From IMG/VR virus record IMGVR_UViG_3300032235_000467: DNA of 64,000 bases; one strand, written 5' to 3'. Below the pieces are notes generated by a model. It made no database searches, was not told the origin of the DNA, and saw only the letters and a program-made list of their open reading frames with translations. Each line of letters opens with the position of its first letter. Positions within the stretch are counted from its first letter, which is position 1. Of the stretch, positions 1 through 9,900 are shown one piece after another. The position numbers and the translations under genes are program-made. Origin of the DNA: a virus.

Positions 1-2
1 CA

Positions 3-3000
3 AGTGGAACTTCTGGTAGCAGTGGAACAAGTGGTACATCTGGCTCATCAGGATCCTCTGGTTCTTCAGGGTTATCTGGAACTAGTGGCTCTTCAGGAAC
101 ATCTGGCTCTTCTGGATCTACAGGAACTTCAGGTACTTCTGGAAGTAGTGGATCATCTGGTTCTACAGGAAGTTCAGGTACATCAGGAAGCTCAGGTACA
201 AGCGGATCTACAGGTACAAGCGGAACATCTGGCTCAACAGGTACAAGCGGATCTTCCGGATCATCAGGCTCTTCTGGCACTAGCGGAACTTCCGGTTCTA
301 GCGGCTCATCCGGGTCTTCAGGAAGTACTGGTTCATCTGGTTCTAGCGGCTCTTCAGGGTCTAGCGGTTCAACGGGCACAAGTGGAACAAGTGGCACATC
401 AGGATCTTCCGGATCATCAGGCTCTTCTGGCACAGCTGGGTCATCTGGTACAGGATTTACAACTATAAACAGCCCTGCTGTAGGAAGAGTTTTGTTATCA
501 GACGGTAGTGTAAACGCCGCTACTGCATCTTCTGCTATAGTATATAATGGAGGAGGACTTAGCATATCAGGAAGCACAACTATTACAGGGTCTTTAACAG
601 TATCAAATACAATAACTGCACAGACTTTAATAGTACAGACAATTACTTCCTCAGTAGAATTCGTAACTGGTTCTACACACTTTGGTACAATTATTCAGAA
701 TACTCACGAGTTTACAGGTTCTTTAAGTATTTCTGGATCTTTAACTATAAATGGAACATCCTACACTGCTGCTACTTCTGGAACATCAGGTACCAGCGGT
801 ACAGCAGGATCATCTGGTTCATCAGGTAGTACAGGCACATCAGGAACCTCTGGTTCTAGTGGATCTTCTGGTAGTTCTGGTTCCACTGGAACAAGTGGCA
901 CATCAGGATCTAGCGGCAGCTCAGGGTCTTCTGGTAGCACAGGAACTTCCGGAACAACAGGTACTAGCGGAAGCTCAGGATCCTCTGGAAGTACTGGAAC
1001 TAGTGGTAGCTCCGGTACAAGCGGAACTTCTGGGTCTAGCGGCAGCTCAGGATCAACAGGTTCGTCAGGATCTTCAGGGACTGCTGGATCTAGTGGATCC
1101 TCTGGTACCTCTGGATCAACTGGGTCTTCTGGCTCATCTGGATCAACTGGAACTAGTGGGTCTAGCGGTAGCTCTGGTTCATCAGGTTCTACAGGAACCT
1201 CTGGTTCAACAGGAACTAGTGGATCCTCTGGTAGCTCTGGATCAACTGGTACATCCGGGACTAGTGGTTCATCAGGTTCATCTGGAAGTTCCGGTTCAAC
1301 AGGCACTTCAGGTACATCAGGTAGTAGTGGTAGCGCAGGATCATCTGGTTCAACAGGCACTAGCGGTACATCTGGTTCCTCTGGTACTAGTGGAAGTGCA
1401 GGTTCATCAGGATCTACTGGAACAAGTGGAACCTCAGGTACGTCCGGGTCTTCTGGTAGCACAGGATCCAGCGGATCATCAGGAAGCTCAGGCTCCTCTG
1501 GATCTACAGGATCTTCAGGTAGTACAGGAACCTCAGGTACATCTGGCACATCTGGCACTAGCGGATCCTCTGGTACAGGATTTACAACTATAAACAGTCC
1601 TGCACAAGGAAGAGTGTTAGTATCAGACGGATCTGTAAATGCAGCTACAGCATCAGCAGTATTATTAGTAAATAATGGAGCGGTAGCAATATCCGGAAGT
1701 ACTATTATAACAGGATCTCTTACTGTAACAAATACTATAAGCGCTCTTACTTTAGTAGTTCAAACCATATCGTCTTCAGTAGAATTTGTAACAGGTTCTA
1801 CTAAGTTCGGATCTATACCATCTAACACACATCAATTTACAGGATCAGTAAGTATTACTGGCTCCTTGATAATAAACGGTACATCCTACACTGCAGCTAC
1901 TTCCGGAACTTCTGGAACATCTGGCTCAACCGGAACTAGTGGATCTTCAGGCACATCCGGTTCTACTGGTACCTCTGGCTCAACAGGAAGTAGTGGCTCA
2001 AGTGGTTCTAGTGGTTCAAGTGGATCTTCTGGTAGTACAGGTACTAGCGGTTCTACTGGTAGCTCAGGCTCTTCTGGTAGCACTGGTAGTAGTGGTAGTA
2101 CTGGAACAAGTGGATCATCAGGGTCTAGTGGTTCTTCAGGATCATCTGGCTCTACTGGAACAAGCGGTTCTACGGGAACTAGTGGATCAAGCGGTAGTAC
2201 TGGCTCTTCTGGCAGCAGTGGGTCTACTGGCACATCTGGTTCTAGCGGAACAAGTGGAAGTAGCGGTTCATCAGGAAGTACCGGATCTTCTGGCTCAACA
2301 GGAAGTAGCGGTTCTAGTGGTTCAAGCGGATCTACAGGAACATCTGGCTCAACAGGAACTTCAGGGTCTAGCGGTTCTTCTGGATCAACCGGTACCTCAG
2401 GATCAACTGGTACAAGTGGATCTTCAGGTAGTACAGGAACTAGCGGTACCTCAGGCACATCTGGTTCATCTGGATCATCTGGATCATCAGGTACTAGCGG
2501 ATCTAGTGGCAGTTCTGGTAGCACAGGAACATCTGGCTCAACAGGAACTAGTGGATCTTCTGGTAGTTCTGGCTCTACTGGATCATCAGGAACTAGTGGA
2601 TCAAGCGGTACAGGGTTTAATACCATAAGCAATGCTGGTATTGGTAGAGTTGTAGTATCTGACGGAACTGTCAATGCGGCCACAGCATCAGCTATCTTAA
2701 CTGTTAATAACGGAGCGGTAAGTATGTCTGGCAGTGCATTCATAACTGGATCACTGACAGTATCAAATACAATAACTGCACAGACTTTAATAGTACAAAC
2801 CGTAAGTTCAAGTGTAGTTTTTTCCAGTGGATCAAACGTATTTGGAAACAGCTTATCTAATACACATCAGTTTACTGGTAGTGTAACCATAACTGGTAGC
2901 TTATCTGTAAATAACAGTAGCGTAGTGCTGTCTAATCAGACAGGATCAATGTCTGTTTTAACAGCATCACATGCTTTGACAGGAAGCAATCCATTTATAA

Positions 3001-3311
3001 TAGGCAATAGTCAGTTTAACACTACAGGATCAGCCACAGCAAATGGAACTACAGCTGTATCTCAGATACCTACAGGATCATACACATCTGCATTCTATAG
3101 ATATACGCTAGCCTCAGCCTCTAATGCTAGGGCAGGAGAAGTGATATCTGTATGGAGTGGCTCTGTGGTAAGATTTAGTGAATTCACAACTACGGATATA
3201 GGAAACACATCAACAGCTGTATTCTCAGTAACTATAAGTTCTGGTAACGTTGTATTGAATCTATCTTCTTCTGGGGGTTGGAATGTAAAATCTATTGCAA
3301 ATTTATTATAA
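3..3311 (+). CDS. Giant Gly-Ser/Thr triplet-repeat virion fibre/decoration protein (5' truncated by window edge)
   Basis: The frame of track ORF 492..3311 stays open back to position 3 (SGTSGSSGTSG...), so TTG 492 is not the true start. Three G-[ST]-[ST] blocks alternate with a repeated ~110-aa module (GTGFxTINxPAxGRVL...NTHxFTGS...NGTSYTAAT). Confidence 0.8.
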   Translation, partial: SGTSGSSGTSGTSGSSGSSGSSGLSGTSGSSGTSGSSGSTGTSGTSGSSGSSGSTGSSGTSGSSGTSGSTGTSGTSGSTGTSGSSGSSGSSGTSGTSGSSGSSGSSGSTGSSGSSGSSGSSGSTGTSGTSGTSGSSGSSGSSGTAGSSGTGFTTINSPAVGRVLLSDGSVNAATASSAIVYNGGGLSISGSTTITGSLTVSNTITAQTLIVQTITSSVEFVTGSTHFGTIIQNTHEFTGSLSISGSLTINGTSYTAATSGTSGTSGTAGSSGSSGSTGTSGTSGSSGSSGSSGSTGTSGTSGSSGSSGSSGSTGTSGTTGTSGSSGSSGSTGTSGSSGTSGTSGSSGSSGSTGSSGSSGTAGSSGSSGTSGSTGSSGSSGSTGTSGSSGSSGSSGSTGTSGSTGTSGSSGSSGSTGTSGTSGSSGSSGSSGSTGTSGTSGSSGSAGSSGSTGTSGTSGSSGTSGSAGSSGSTGTSGTSGTSGSSGSTGSSGSSGSSGSSGSTGSSGSTGTSGTSGTSGTSGSSGTGFTTINSPAQGRVLVSDGSVNAATASAVLLVNNGAVAISGSTIITGSLTVTNTISALTLVVQTISSSVEFVTGSTKFGSIPSNTHQFTGSVSITGSLIINGTSYTAATSGTSGTSGSTGTSGSSGTSGSTGTSGSTGSSGSSGSSGSSGSSGSTGTSGSTGSSGSSGSTGSSGSTGTSGSSGSSGSSGSSGSTGTSGSTGTSGSSGSTGSSGSSGSTGTSGSSGTSGSSGSSGSTGSSGSTGSSGSSGSSGSTGTSGSTGTSGSSGSSGSTGTSGSTGTSGSSGSTGTSGTSGTSGSSGSSGSSGTSGSSGSSGSTGTSGSTGTSGSSGSSGSTGSSGTSGSSGTGFNTISNAGIGRVVVSDGTVNAATASAILTVNNGAVSMSGSAFITGSLTVSNTITAQTLIVQTVSSSVVFSSGSNVFGNSLSNTHQFTGSVTITGSLSVNNSSVVLSNQTGSMSVLTASHALTGSNPFIIGNSQFNTTGSATANGTTAVSQIPTGSYTSAFYRYTLASASNARAGEVISVWSGSVVRFSEFTTTDIGNTSTAVFSVTISSGNVVLNLSSSGGWNVKSIANLL

Positions 3312-4117
3312 TGCCAATAACTTTTTTAAATAGAAATAACTCAGGAAATCTATCACTTATCAATAGAAGTAACAGCGGTAGACTAAGTATGACAGTAGGA
3401 ACTTCTATTGTAACAGCAGGATTAGTATTAAATTTAGATGCTGGTAATCCATCTTCTTATCCTGGTAGTGGAACTACTTGGACAGATTTAACCGTAAATG
3501 GGTTCAATGCTTCTATGACCGGTAGCGTTAGTTATAATAATACACCTCCTCAATATTTTGACTATGCTAATCTTCCAAATTATTTTGTTGGTAATAATAA
3601 TCTTACTTCTGTAATAAGCACTGCTATAACAATTACATCTTGGATAAATGTACGTAATATAGCATCAAGAAGTGTTGTGTTTGATAAATACCAAACACCA
3701 ACTCTCCCTGCTGGGTATGTTCTTGAAGTAGGAACAGTCTCCTCCCTTTGGACTAATACAGTAAGATTTTTTGCAGTAGGTTCTACTGGAGATGGTTGGG
3801 ACCCTAGAGGAGTAAGTAATGCTATACAAGAGAATGTCCCATGTATGGTATCAGTAACATTAGATCGTACTGCACAACAATCTTCATTGTATGTAAATGG
3901 TTCAAGTATATCATATACACAAGGTGGAGGCCCTATTACTAATTTAGCTTCTAATTGGGCTACAGGAACTAATGTATATACTTTGGGGTCATATCGACCT
4001 GACTCTGCTATAGACTCAAACATGTATCAGTATAATCTATTAATATATAATAGAGCTTTATCCGCATCTGAAATCCTACAAAACTATAATGCACAAAAAT
4101 CAAAATTTGGGTTATAA
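3311..4117 (+). CDS. LamG/concanavalin A-like lectin-fold virion protein
   Basis: ATG 3311 overlaps the upstream TAA. Motifs GLVLNLDAGNPSSYPGSGTTWTDL and YNRALSASEILQNYNA are typical of phage LamG-domain proteins. Confidence 0.8.
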   Translation: MPITFLNRNNSGNLSLINRSNSGRLSMTVGTSIVTAGLVLNLDAGNPSSYPGSGTTWTDLTVNGFNASMTGSVSYNNTPPQYFDYANLPNYFVGNNNLTSVISTAITITSWINVRNIASRSVVFDKYQTPTLPAGYVLEVGTVSSLWTNTVRFFAVGSTGDGWDPRGVSNAIQENVPCMVSVTLDRTAQQSSLYVNGSSISYTQGGGPITNLASNWATGTNVYTLGSYRPDSAIDSNMYQYNLLIYNRALSASEILQNYNAQKSKFGL

Positions 4118-4180
4118 AAAGTATTACTCTAGATCCTTATATTTATAAATGTCTGTTGGAAAGTGAAAACAGTATAAAAT

Positions 4181-6937
4181 ATGCCAAACGAGTTCAAAGT
4201 TAAGAATGGCCTGATTGTAGACCAAGGAGGAGCCAATATAACAGGTTCTTCTGCTATATCAGGATCTTTAGACATTGCTGGCAGCGTAACTGCGACTAAC
4301 TTTACCGGATCTTTATTTGGTACAGCAAGTTGGGCTGCAAATTTTAAGGAAACAGACCCAGTATTTTCATCCAAGTCAGCTAGTTTAGCCACTACAGGAT
4401 CTAATTCATTTTTTGGAGATCAATATATAACAGGATCTTTAAACCTGTCATCTAGTGGAATCCACTATATAAGTGGACTGGTAACAGCTTCAAGTACTAT
4501 TCATGTAAACGTAACACAGCCTGTCCTAGCTTTAGATACAAGAGGTAGAATACTGTACTCTAACTTCTTCTCAACTACTGCAAGTTTACCGGATCCTAAC
4601 TTGTACCATGGTATGTTTACCCATGTACATAATGAAGGATCAGCATATTATTCACACGGGTCTAATGGTTGGGTAAGATTATGGGACAGATTTAACAGTC
4701 CTAATTTAATTAGCGGATCACAAGTACCAGCTAATATAGTAGGACAAGCAATTGCTCCTCTAAGCGTAAGCGCATCTTCTTTTGTAAGTGCTAGTGAATT
4801 TTTTGGTAGCGGTAGCGGAATAGTAGGAGTCATATCATCTTCATATTCAGTAACAGCATCCAATGGACTGTTATTTAATAGCACATCCTCAGAAAGATTT
4901 GCAACCACAGGATCTAACACATTTATAGGAAATCAAATAGTAACTGGTAGTTTATACACTAGCGGGTCTAATAGATTAGTAGGGCCTACAGAATTAACAG
5001 GTTCTTTAGGAATATCTGGTAGCCAGATTATAAAAGGGTATGTGCAATTCATGCCTGTTACTACAAACATAGACACATCAATAACTGCATCTTATATCTA
5101 TGTATCAGGTTCTACTAATGATTTGTATTTCTCTCAAAACGGTGATGGGTATAATAACGTAACTCGTTTACGTTGGTTAGAAGGCAACTTATATACAGGA
5201 TTATTACATGGAGGTTTAATTACAGCTGCTACAGGATCTACTATATATCAAGTTAGTAGCGGTAGTGGTATAATTGTTAATATAAATGCAAGCTTAACTG
5301 CCAATCCATACCCTACTATTAAATATGTAAACTGGGGTAATTTAACAGCTAGTATTGCACCACTTACTGCATCATATCAACAAGCATTTGTATCTATTGA
5401 TTCGAATGGTAGTATTTACCAACAAGGCATACCATACGCTTCCGAACAATTTGATACATCAATTAACATAGGAGTTGTATTATTTCAAAACGGATCTACA
5501 ATTAATGGTGTTAAAACACAACCATCCACAGCATATGGTTTTGAACAACAACAAAATATATTTAATAGGGCATTTGGACCTTTAAAATTATCAGGGTATA
5601 CTTTAGCACCTAGTGGTTCTTCAACACGCAGTTTAATAGTAGCAGGTGGTACAGCTTACTCACCTGGTTCTAACTATTCTGTAGATCCAAATAATCCATC
5701 CTACACTACTGATAGTGGAACTAATGTATCTAAAATATTCAGATATAGACAATCAGGTTCTACTTGGGTATATGATACAAATGCAGGTGCAGGTTATACA
5801 ACAATTGATCCAACACAATATTCAAACAATGGTGTATTAACAGCAGTACCAGGAGGAGGATCAAATAGAGAATTTTCTATTCAAAGAGTATTTTATTTCC
5901 CTAATAGTGTAGCTAAAGCTATAGTCGTTTATTATGGTAATGCTACATACGCAAGTCTAACAGATGCAACATCAAATATTTCTTTTGAACCGTTTGTTGA
6001 AGCACCAAATACTGCAGCAAACGCAATTTATTTAGGGGCAATTATTGTAAGAAATAACGCTGATTTTACAGTTACTGACTCATATGCTATTCAGACAGCA
6101 GGTCTATTTAGGTCAGTAGGAGGATCAGGAGGCGGAGGATCGGTAGTAACTCAAACTTTATCAGGACTTTCTGATGTAAATATATCAGGACCAACAAATG
6201 GACAACCATTAGTTTATGATTCGACTGCTGCTAAATGGGAAAATAAATCAACACTAACAGCAACATTAATAGGTAATGCTAGCACAGCTACAACTGCATC
6301 TTACGCATTAATAGCTAAAAGTATAGAAGGCATTATAACTAGCGCTTCTTATGCATTAACGGCTTCTTATGTACTTAATGCTATAAGTGCATCATATTCT
6401 GCTACTGCATCATATGTACTAAACTCTATAAGTTCTTCATACGCTGCTACTGCATCTTTTGTAGCCACTGCATCAAACGCAATATCTTCTTCATATGCAG
6501 TAACAGCAAGTTATGTAGCAACCCTAAATAAAAAAGTAAGAACTACTATTCCAATAACAGCAGTACAAGGACAGACTACCCTTATAACAAACATACCTGC
6601 ATTAGTGGATGAAGTAGGAACTGAATTAAGAATTAGGGAAAATCTATTAAATGCCGTATCTTGCAGTATGTCTGCTAGGGTTGAACAAGCTACTGGTGGT
6701 GCTATTGGTCATTTAAAGATTCAATATTCAACAGATGAATCTACTTGGAATGATCTTAATGCAAATAAAGTAGATCTAGGAACAGTCGGGACTCAATTAA
6801 CAACAGAAGAAGCAATTCCATCTGGAGCAAAGACAACCGGTACTTATATAAGATTAGTAACAATAAGTGGAGATGGTACGGCAGCTAGTAATGCCAGATT
6901 TGGAAATGTAACTTTAAATATAATTTACGATATATAA
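4181..6937 (+). CDS. Tail fibre-like structural protein
   Basis: 918 aa, S/T/G-rich, with TGSNxFxGxQ and TASYA repeats and a LSGLSDVNI...NGQPLVYD...KW motif seen in phage fibres; lies in the fibre cluster. Confidence 0.65.
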   Translation: MPNEFKVKNGLIVDQGGANITGSSAISGSLDIAGSVTATNFTGSLFGTASWAANFKETDPVFSSKSASLATTGSNSFFGDQYITGSLNLSSSGIHYISGLVTASSTIHVNVTQPVLALDTRGRILYSNFFSTTASLPDPNLYHGMFTHVHNEGSAYYSHGSNGWVRLWDRFNSPNLISGSQVPANIVGQAIAPLSVSASSFVSASEFFGSGSGIVGVISSSYSVTASNGLLFNSTSSERFATTGSNTFIGNQIVTGSLYTSGSNRLVGPTELTGSLGISGSQIIKGYVQFMPVTTNIDTSITASYIYVSGSTNDLYFSQNGDGYNNVTRLRWLEGNLYTGLLHGGLITAATGSTIYQVSSGSGIIVNINASLTANPYPTIKYVNWGNLTASIAPLTASYQQAFVSIDSNGSIYQQGIPYASEQFDTSINIGVVLFQNGSTINGVKTQPSTAYGFEQQQNIFNRAFGPLKLSGYTLAPSGSSTRSLIVAGGTAYSPGSNYSVDPNNPSYTTDSGTNVSKIFRYRQSGSTWVYDTNAGAGYTTIDPTQYSNNGVLTAVPGGGSNREFSIQRVFYFPNSVAKAIVVYYGNATYASLTDATSNISFEPFVEAPNTAANAIYLGAIIVRNNADFTVTDSYAIQTAGLFRSVGGSGGGGSVVTQTLSGLSDVNISGPTNGQPLVYDSTAAKWENKSTLTATLIGNASTATTASYALIAKSIEGIITSASYALTASYVLNAISASYSATASYVLNSISSSYAATASFVATASNAISSSYAVTASYVATLNKKVRTTIPITAVQGQTTLITNIPALVDEVGTELRIRENLLNAVSCSMSARVEQATGGAIGHLKIQYSTDESTWNDLNANKVDLGTVGTQLTTEEAIPSGAKTTGTYIRLVTISGDGTAASNARFGNVTLNIIYDI

Positions 6938-9900
6938 TGCCAAAGTATACTATATTTTCAAATATTATAAGTGGTAGCAGTGCAGCTATAACATCTATTA
7001 CTGGATCGTTATTAGGTAATGCATCTACTGCAACTACTGCATCTCATGCACTGACAGCTTCTTCTGCGGATAATTTTACTGTAAGAGGAACACTGACAGC
7101 ACAAACTATAGTAGCTCAGACCATTACATCGTCTACCGATTTTGTTACTGGATCTACTAGATTTGGTAGCGTCGCTTCAAATACACATCAATTTACCGGC
7201 TCAGTAAGTATAACAGGATCTCTTACTATAAACGGAACATCTTATACTGCTGCTACATCCGGAACAAGCGGTACTTCAGGAACCGCAGGATCGTCCGGTA
7301 GCTCAGGATCTACAGGTACATCTGGTACTGCAGGTTCTAGCGGGTCTTCCGGCAGCACAGGTAGTAGCGGAACATCAGGCACTGCCGGTACAACGGGTAC
7401 TAGCGGTACCTCTGGTTCATCTGGATCTAGCGGATCTTCAGGATCTACAGGAACATCTGGCTCAACTGGTACCTCAGGTACATCAGGAAGTTCTGGATCC
7501 TCCGGATCAACTGGCTCATCAGGAACTTCAGGTACTTCTGGAAGCAGTGGATCTTCTGGTTCTACTGGTACTTCTGGATCAACTGGTTCTTCCGGCTCGG
7601 CGGGAAGTAGCGGTACTTCTGGATCAACTGGAACATCTGGTTCTACTGGAACTAGCGGAAGTTCAGGATCCTCTGGATCTACAGGCACCAGTGGTACTTC
7701 AGGTTCTACAGGAACTAGCGGATCATCAGGTTCTTCGGGTACCAGCGGTACTTCTGGATCTACTGGTACATCAGGAAGCACAGGAACATCTGGCTCAACA
7801 GGAACATCAGGATCTAGTGGGTCATCTGGTTCTTCAGGGTCGTCTGGATCATCTGGTACAGGTTTCACCACAATAAATAACCCTGCTATAGGAAGGGTAT
7901 TGCTTGCTGATAACTCAACAAATGCAGCAACAGCTTCCGCAGTATTAACTATAAACAATGGAAACGTAGTTGTTTCTGGTAGCACTGTTATAACAGGCTC
8001 CTTAACTGTAACTAATACTATTAATGCGCTAACATTAGTAGTACAAACTATATCTTCCTCAGTAGAATTTGTTACAGGGTCTACTAAATTTGGTAGTATA
8101 ATATCAAATACACATCAATTTACAGGTTCTGTAAGTATATCAGGATCTTTATCTTTAAATGGAACATCTTTTGCTGCAGCCACTTCAGGAACTTCAGGAA
8201 CTAGTGGTATAAATGGTACTAGTGGCTCTTCTGGAAGCTCTGGTTCTAGTGGAACATCTGGCTCAACTGGTACATCAGGTACTTCTGGTAGCAGCGGTTC
8301 TACAGGAACGTCAGGATCTAGTGGCACTTCAGGAGTTAATGGTACATCTGGTTCAAGTGGAACTAGTGGGTCTACCGGCTCTTCAGGTTCATCTGGTAGT
8401 ACAGGTACTAGCGGATCAACAGGAACTTCTGGTTCTACAGGTACATCTGGCTCAACTGGAACTAGCGGTAGCTCCGGATCTTCAGGTTCTACTGGAACTT
8501 CTGGAACCTCAGGATCTACTGGAACTAGTGGGTCTTCTGGTAGCACAGGAACAAGTGGCTCTAGTGGTACTTCTGGAGCAAACGGTTCTTCAGGAACTTC
8601 AGGAACTAGCGGTACATCTGGCTCTAGTGGTACGAGTGGTGTAAATGGTAGTTCTGGTACATCTGGTAGCACAGGCACTTCAGGATCTTCTGGATCATCA
8701 GGATCATCTGGATCTACCGGTACATCAGGAAGCTCTGGCTCAACTGGATCATCTGGTAGTAGTGGATCTACGGGATCCAGTGGTACTGCAGGTACTTCTG
8801 GTACTAGCGGACAAACAGGATCTTCTGGTTCAAGTGGTTCTTCCGGCACTAGCGGGACCTCAGGTACATCAGGAACTTCTGGAACTTCTGGTAGTTCAGG
8901 GTCTACAGGTACATCAGGCTCTAGTGGTTCAACAGGATCATCTGGAAGTAGCGGTAGTACAGGTACATCGGGCAGCAGTGGTACTTCAGGTACTAGTGGA
9001 ACATCCGGTTCATCTGGTACAGGATTCAATACAATAAATAATCCTGCTATAGGAAGAGTCCTCATAGCAGATGCTTCAACTAATTCAGCTACAGCTTCAG
9101 CAATATTAACCGTTAACAACGGAGCTGTTAGCATGTCAGGCAGTACATTTATTACTGGATCATTAACAGTAACTAATACTATTAATGCTTTAACATTAGT
9201 TGTACAGACTATATCATCTTCAATAGAATTTGTAACTGGATCTACTAGATTTGGTAGTACAATTTCTAACAATCATGAGTTTACCGGTAGTGTTAGAATT
9301 AGCGGATCTTTATTTATAAACGGTACATCATACACTGCCGCTACTTCTGGAACTAGTGGTACTACAGGAACATCAGGAAGTTCTGGATCCTCAGGTAGTT
9401 CTGGTTCAACTGGAACTAGTGGCACAGCAGGAACGGCTGGTACTACAGGAACATCAGGAACAGCAGGATCTTCTGGAAGTGCAGGCTCATCTGGCTCTAC
9501 AGGTACCAGCGGATCTACAGGTACTTCAGGATCTTCTGGTTCTTCAGGAACTACTGGAACATCAGGTAGTACAGGTACTAGTGGTTCTAGTGGTACTTCT
9601 GGAGCAAACGGTTCTTCAGGAACTTCTGGAACTTCAGGAAGCTCTGGCTCAACTGGTTCTTCTGGTTCTTCTGGTTCTTCTGGTTCTTCTGGTTCTACAG
9701 GTACTTCTGGTACTTCAGGTACCGCAGGAAGCTCTGGATCTTCTGGCTCATCAGGAAATACAGGCTCTTCTGGAAGTAGTGGTTCTACAGGTACTTCGGG
9801 GTCTAGTGGTTCAACAGGAACTAGCGGCACAGCAGGAACCTCAGGATCTAGTGGATCCTCTGGATCAACTGGAACATCTGGTTCAACTGGTACTTCAGGC

